Source of the DNA: Candidatus Nanopelagicales bacterium
GTDB lineage: Bacteria; Actinomycetota; Actinomycetes; S36-B12
Length of the DNA stretch: 64,000 bases
Assembly: GCA_040266055.1 (NCBI GenBank)
Contig: JBDQFC010000002.1
Coordinates: forward strand, 6,219 to 70,218
Reading direction: 5' to 3'
The notes below the pieces were generated by a model. It made no database searches, had not been told where the DNA came from, and saw only the letters and a program-made list of their open reading frames with translations. This document shows positions 61,941 to 64,000 of the stretch, piece by piece (within the stretch, counting starts at the first letter, position 1; each line of letters opens with the position of its first letter). The translations under genes were made by a program, and so were the position numbers.

Positions 61941-63488
61941 ATGTCCCAAAGGGAGAATCTCCCCAAGTCTGACCAGGGGCTTCAGCCTGGTGATCCAGAG
62001 ACCAAGTCGACGTCGCTGAGAAAGGGCACTTTGGGCCTTATCGGCATCGTGTTCTTCGTTGTGGCCGCGGCCGCCCCGCTCGCTGGAATGACAGGTGCTT
62101 TTCCCGTGGCGATGGGTATTGGCGTAGGTGCCGGTGCCGCGGGCATGTACGTGGCCGTCGGCATCATCTTGCTGCTCTTCAGTGTCGGCTACGCGACGAT
62201 GTCGCACTACGTCACCAACACCGGTGCGTTTTTCGCCTACGTGGGCCGCGGCCTGGGCATCAACTGGGGTGTCGCTTCAGCATTCGCCTCAGTCGCCGCG
62301 TATATCGCAGTCATGTGGGCTGTCCTTGGCTTCATCTCTGGCCAAATGACCTTCCAAATGGAGGCGAAGCTCGGTCTCACGCTGCCCTGGTGGGTTTACG
62401 CCTTCATCATGCTCGCGATCGTTTTCGCGCTGTCTGCCGCATCAGTGGACATCGGCGCGAAGGTTCTTGGCGTGCTTCTGACCGTGGAGCTCCTGGGCCT
62501 GGTCTTCGTAGCGTTGGCAATCATCTTCCAGGGTGGTGGACCAGATGGACTAGATTTTGGCGCGTCCTTCTCACCGGCATCCGTTCTTGGTGAAGTTGTG
62601 CCTGGTGGCGTGGGCATTGCTTTCGCATTCGCGTTGGCTTCGTTCATCGGCTTTGAGGCAACTGCCATCTACGGCGAGGAGTCGAAGGATCCGAAGAAGA
62701 CGGTCCCGCGGGCTACTTACACCTCGGTGCTCTTGATCACCGTGCTCTTCGGCGTCATCGGCTTCGGACTCGTCTCAGGTCTCGGCGCTACCGATATCCA
62801 GAACAAAGTCTTCGAAGTAACGGCGATCGACGGTGTGCCGTTGTCTGACCCGTCGGCGATCTTGTTCGGACTCAGCACTGAGTTCGTCGGCTCTTGGCTC
62901 ACGGAGGCCTTCAGTTGGCTCATCCTGACCTCGCTGTTCGCAGCTCTGTTGGCGTTCCAGAACAGTGCGGCCCGCTACTTCTTCGCCATGGGTCGTGCGG
63001 GCGTCCTGCCGAAGAAGCTTGATCACACGAACGGAGCCCAGGCTCCCCTTACGGCCACCGCTTTGGTGACGGTGCTGGGTGTGATCATCACGGTGCTGGG
63101 CATCATCTTTACCTGGGATCCGATCCTCAACATCTTCTACTGGTTCGGCGGCGTCGCTGTCATCGCCATCGTGCTCACCGAGATCATGGTGAGCATCGCG
63201 GTGATCGTGTACTTCGCTCGCACCAAGGAAGACACCCGCCTGTGGCACACCAAGATCGCTCCGGTCCTGGCCATCATCGGCCTGACCGTTGGCGAATACC
63301 TCTTGATGGCCCACTTCAATCTGTTCTCCGGAACGTCCTCGACCGAAGAAGCCAATGCTTGGGAACTGAACACCCTGGGTTGGATTCTCGTGCTACTGCC
63401 CTTCGCGATGTTCATCATCGGTTTGGTCGTGGGAGTTGCACGCAAGGGCAAGGAGAACTACGACGCGGTGCACAATTTCGCTTCGTAG
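61941..63488 (+). CDS. APC-superfamily amino acid/amine permease
   Basis: 515 aa with about 12 TM segments. GGAGGA Shine-Dalgarno before ATG 61941. Confidence 0.8.
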   Translation: MSQRENLPKSDQGLQPGDPETKSTSLRKGTLGLIGIVFFVVAAAAPLAGMTGAFPVAMGIGVGAGAAGMYVAVGIILLLFSVGYATMSHYVTNTGAFFAYVGRGLGINWGVASAFASVAAYIAVMWAVLGFISGQMTFQMEAKLGLTLPWWVYAFIMLAIVFALSAASVDIGAKVLGVLLTVELLGLVFVALAIIFQGGGPDGLDFGASFSPASVLGEVVPGGVGIAFAFALASFIGFEATAIYGEESKDPKKTVPRATYTSVLLITVLFGVIGFGLVSGLGATDIQNKVFEVTAIDGVPLSDPSAILFGLSTEFVGSWLTEAFSWLILTSLFAALLAFQNSAARYFFAMGRAGVLPKKLDHTNGAQAPLTATALVTVLGVIITVLGIIFTWDPILNIFYWFGGVAVIAIVLTEIMVSIAVIVYFARTKEDTRLWHTKIAPVLAIIGLTVGEYLLMAHFNLFSGTSSTEEANAWELNTLGWILVLLPFAMFIIGLVVGVARKGKENYDAVHNFAS

Positions 63489-63504
63489 AACGAATCAGAT
63501 CGAA

Positions 63505-63534
63505 CATTGGGGCGCCCTTCGGGGCGCCCCAATG
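63505..63534. terminator. Bidirectional hairpin CATTGGGGCGCCC-ttcg-GGGCGCCCCAATG between convergent genes
   Basis: 13-bp perfect GC-rich stem with a UUCG tetraloop, read directly. Weak U-tracts on both sides. Confidence 0.7.
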
Positions 63535-63546
63535 CTGTGTGACGGT

Positions 63547-64000
63547 CTAGTTGGCGAACACGCGTCCGGGCAGCGATGCGATGCCGTTGACGAAGTTGGA
63601 GCGGGTGCGAACTGTGGGACCGTCCGCTTCGAAACGAATGCGACCGGCCACGATCTCTTCGAGCAGTACCCGGATCTCCATACGGGCCAGCGGCGCGCCG
63701 AGGCAGTGGTGTGGACCTTTGGCGCCGAAGGACACCTGGGGGGGCTTGATCGGCCGGGTAATGTCGAACGCCAGCGGATCTGGGAATTCCCGCTCGTCGA
63801 AGTTGGCCGACGCGTACCAGATCACGACTTTGTCGTCTTCTTTGATCGGAACGCCGGCGATCTCGGTATCCATGGTTGCGGTGCGACGCATGTGTAGGAC
63901 GGGTGTCGCGTACCGGATGATCTCCTCGACCGCCTGCTCGATCAGTTCGGGTCTTTCGTGCAGCAGTTCGAGCTGATCCGGGTTGTCCATGAACGCTCGA
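63547..64000 (-). CDS. Cytochrome P450, 3' part (5' end beyond the window end); paralog of the 49880-51130 P450
   Basis: FGAKGPHHCLGAPLARMEIRV heme loop. HMRRTATMDTEIAGVPIKEDDKVVIWYASAN parallels HFRRTATKDTELGGRTIKTGDKVVVWFASGN in the other P450. Confidence 0.8.
   Translation of the reverse strand, partial: RAFMDNPDQLELLHERPELIEQAVEEIIRYATPVLHMRRTATMDTEIAGVPIKEDDKVVIWYASANFDEREFPDPLAFDITRPIKPPQVSFGAKGPHHCLGAPLARMEIRVLLEEIVAGRIRFEADGPTVRTRSNFVNGIASLPGRVFAN

Overview
This is a high-GC, Actinomycetota-type chromosomal segment. I call about 62 protein genes and 2 tRNAs. Many neighbouring genes overlap by 1-4 nt. I saw no rRNA, CRISPR array, transposase, integrase or phage genes. All calls come from reading the ORF translations and the DNA by eye; no searches were run.

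Positions 1 to about 29,000 are a conserved housekeeping block. Its gene order matches what I recall for Mycobacterium tuberculosis Rv0985c-Rv1021: mscL, SAF-domain gene, fmdB, 5-FCL, galU, rimJ-like GNAT, SepX/GlpR-like membrane protein, tRNA-Ala, pmt, rsmI-metG-tatD-rsmA-ispE, MarR, desaturase-TetR, tRNA-Gln, glmU-prs, rplY-pth, cysQ-like, mfd and mazG. The local differences are:
- a crcB pair plus a penicillin-acylase-family gene inserted in the block
- no moeA/glp gene
- no rpfB
- an mscL N-terminal frame anomaly

From about 29 kb onward the content is accessory:
- a DUF885 gene
- a visibly lower-GC stretch carrying an amidohydrolase, a cytoplasmic Cys-type sulfatase and a NitT/TauT-type ABC importer operon
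- a MacAB-like exporter
- an I78-inhibitor/DUF4349 pair

The most interesting part is a 43.3-64 kb catabolic supercluster:
- a P450/ferredoxin/ferredoxin-reductase system embedded in an HpaD/E/G-like meta-cleavage operon
- two further paralogous P450s
- two glutamine-synthetase-like genes plus a class I amidotransferase (gamma-glutamylation logic)
- a NicX/NicD-like pyridine-diol ring-cleavage pair
- ADC-like, LLM and ACAD-like enzymes, an aryl-CoA ligase and an APC permease

Three intergenic regions in this cluster share the dyad TCGTT-N8-AACGA. This suggests a single regulon, probably under the local TetR. The substrate and the novelty of the pathway are hypotheses, not demonstrated.
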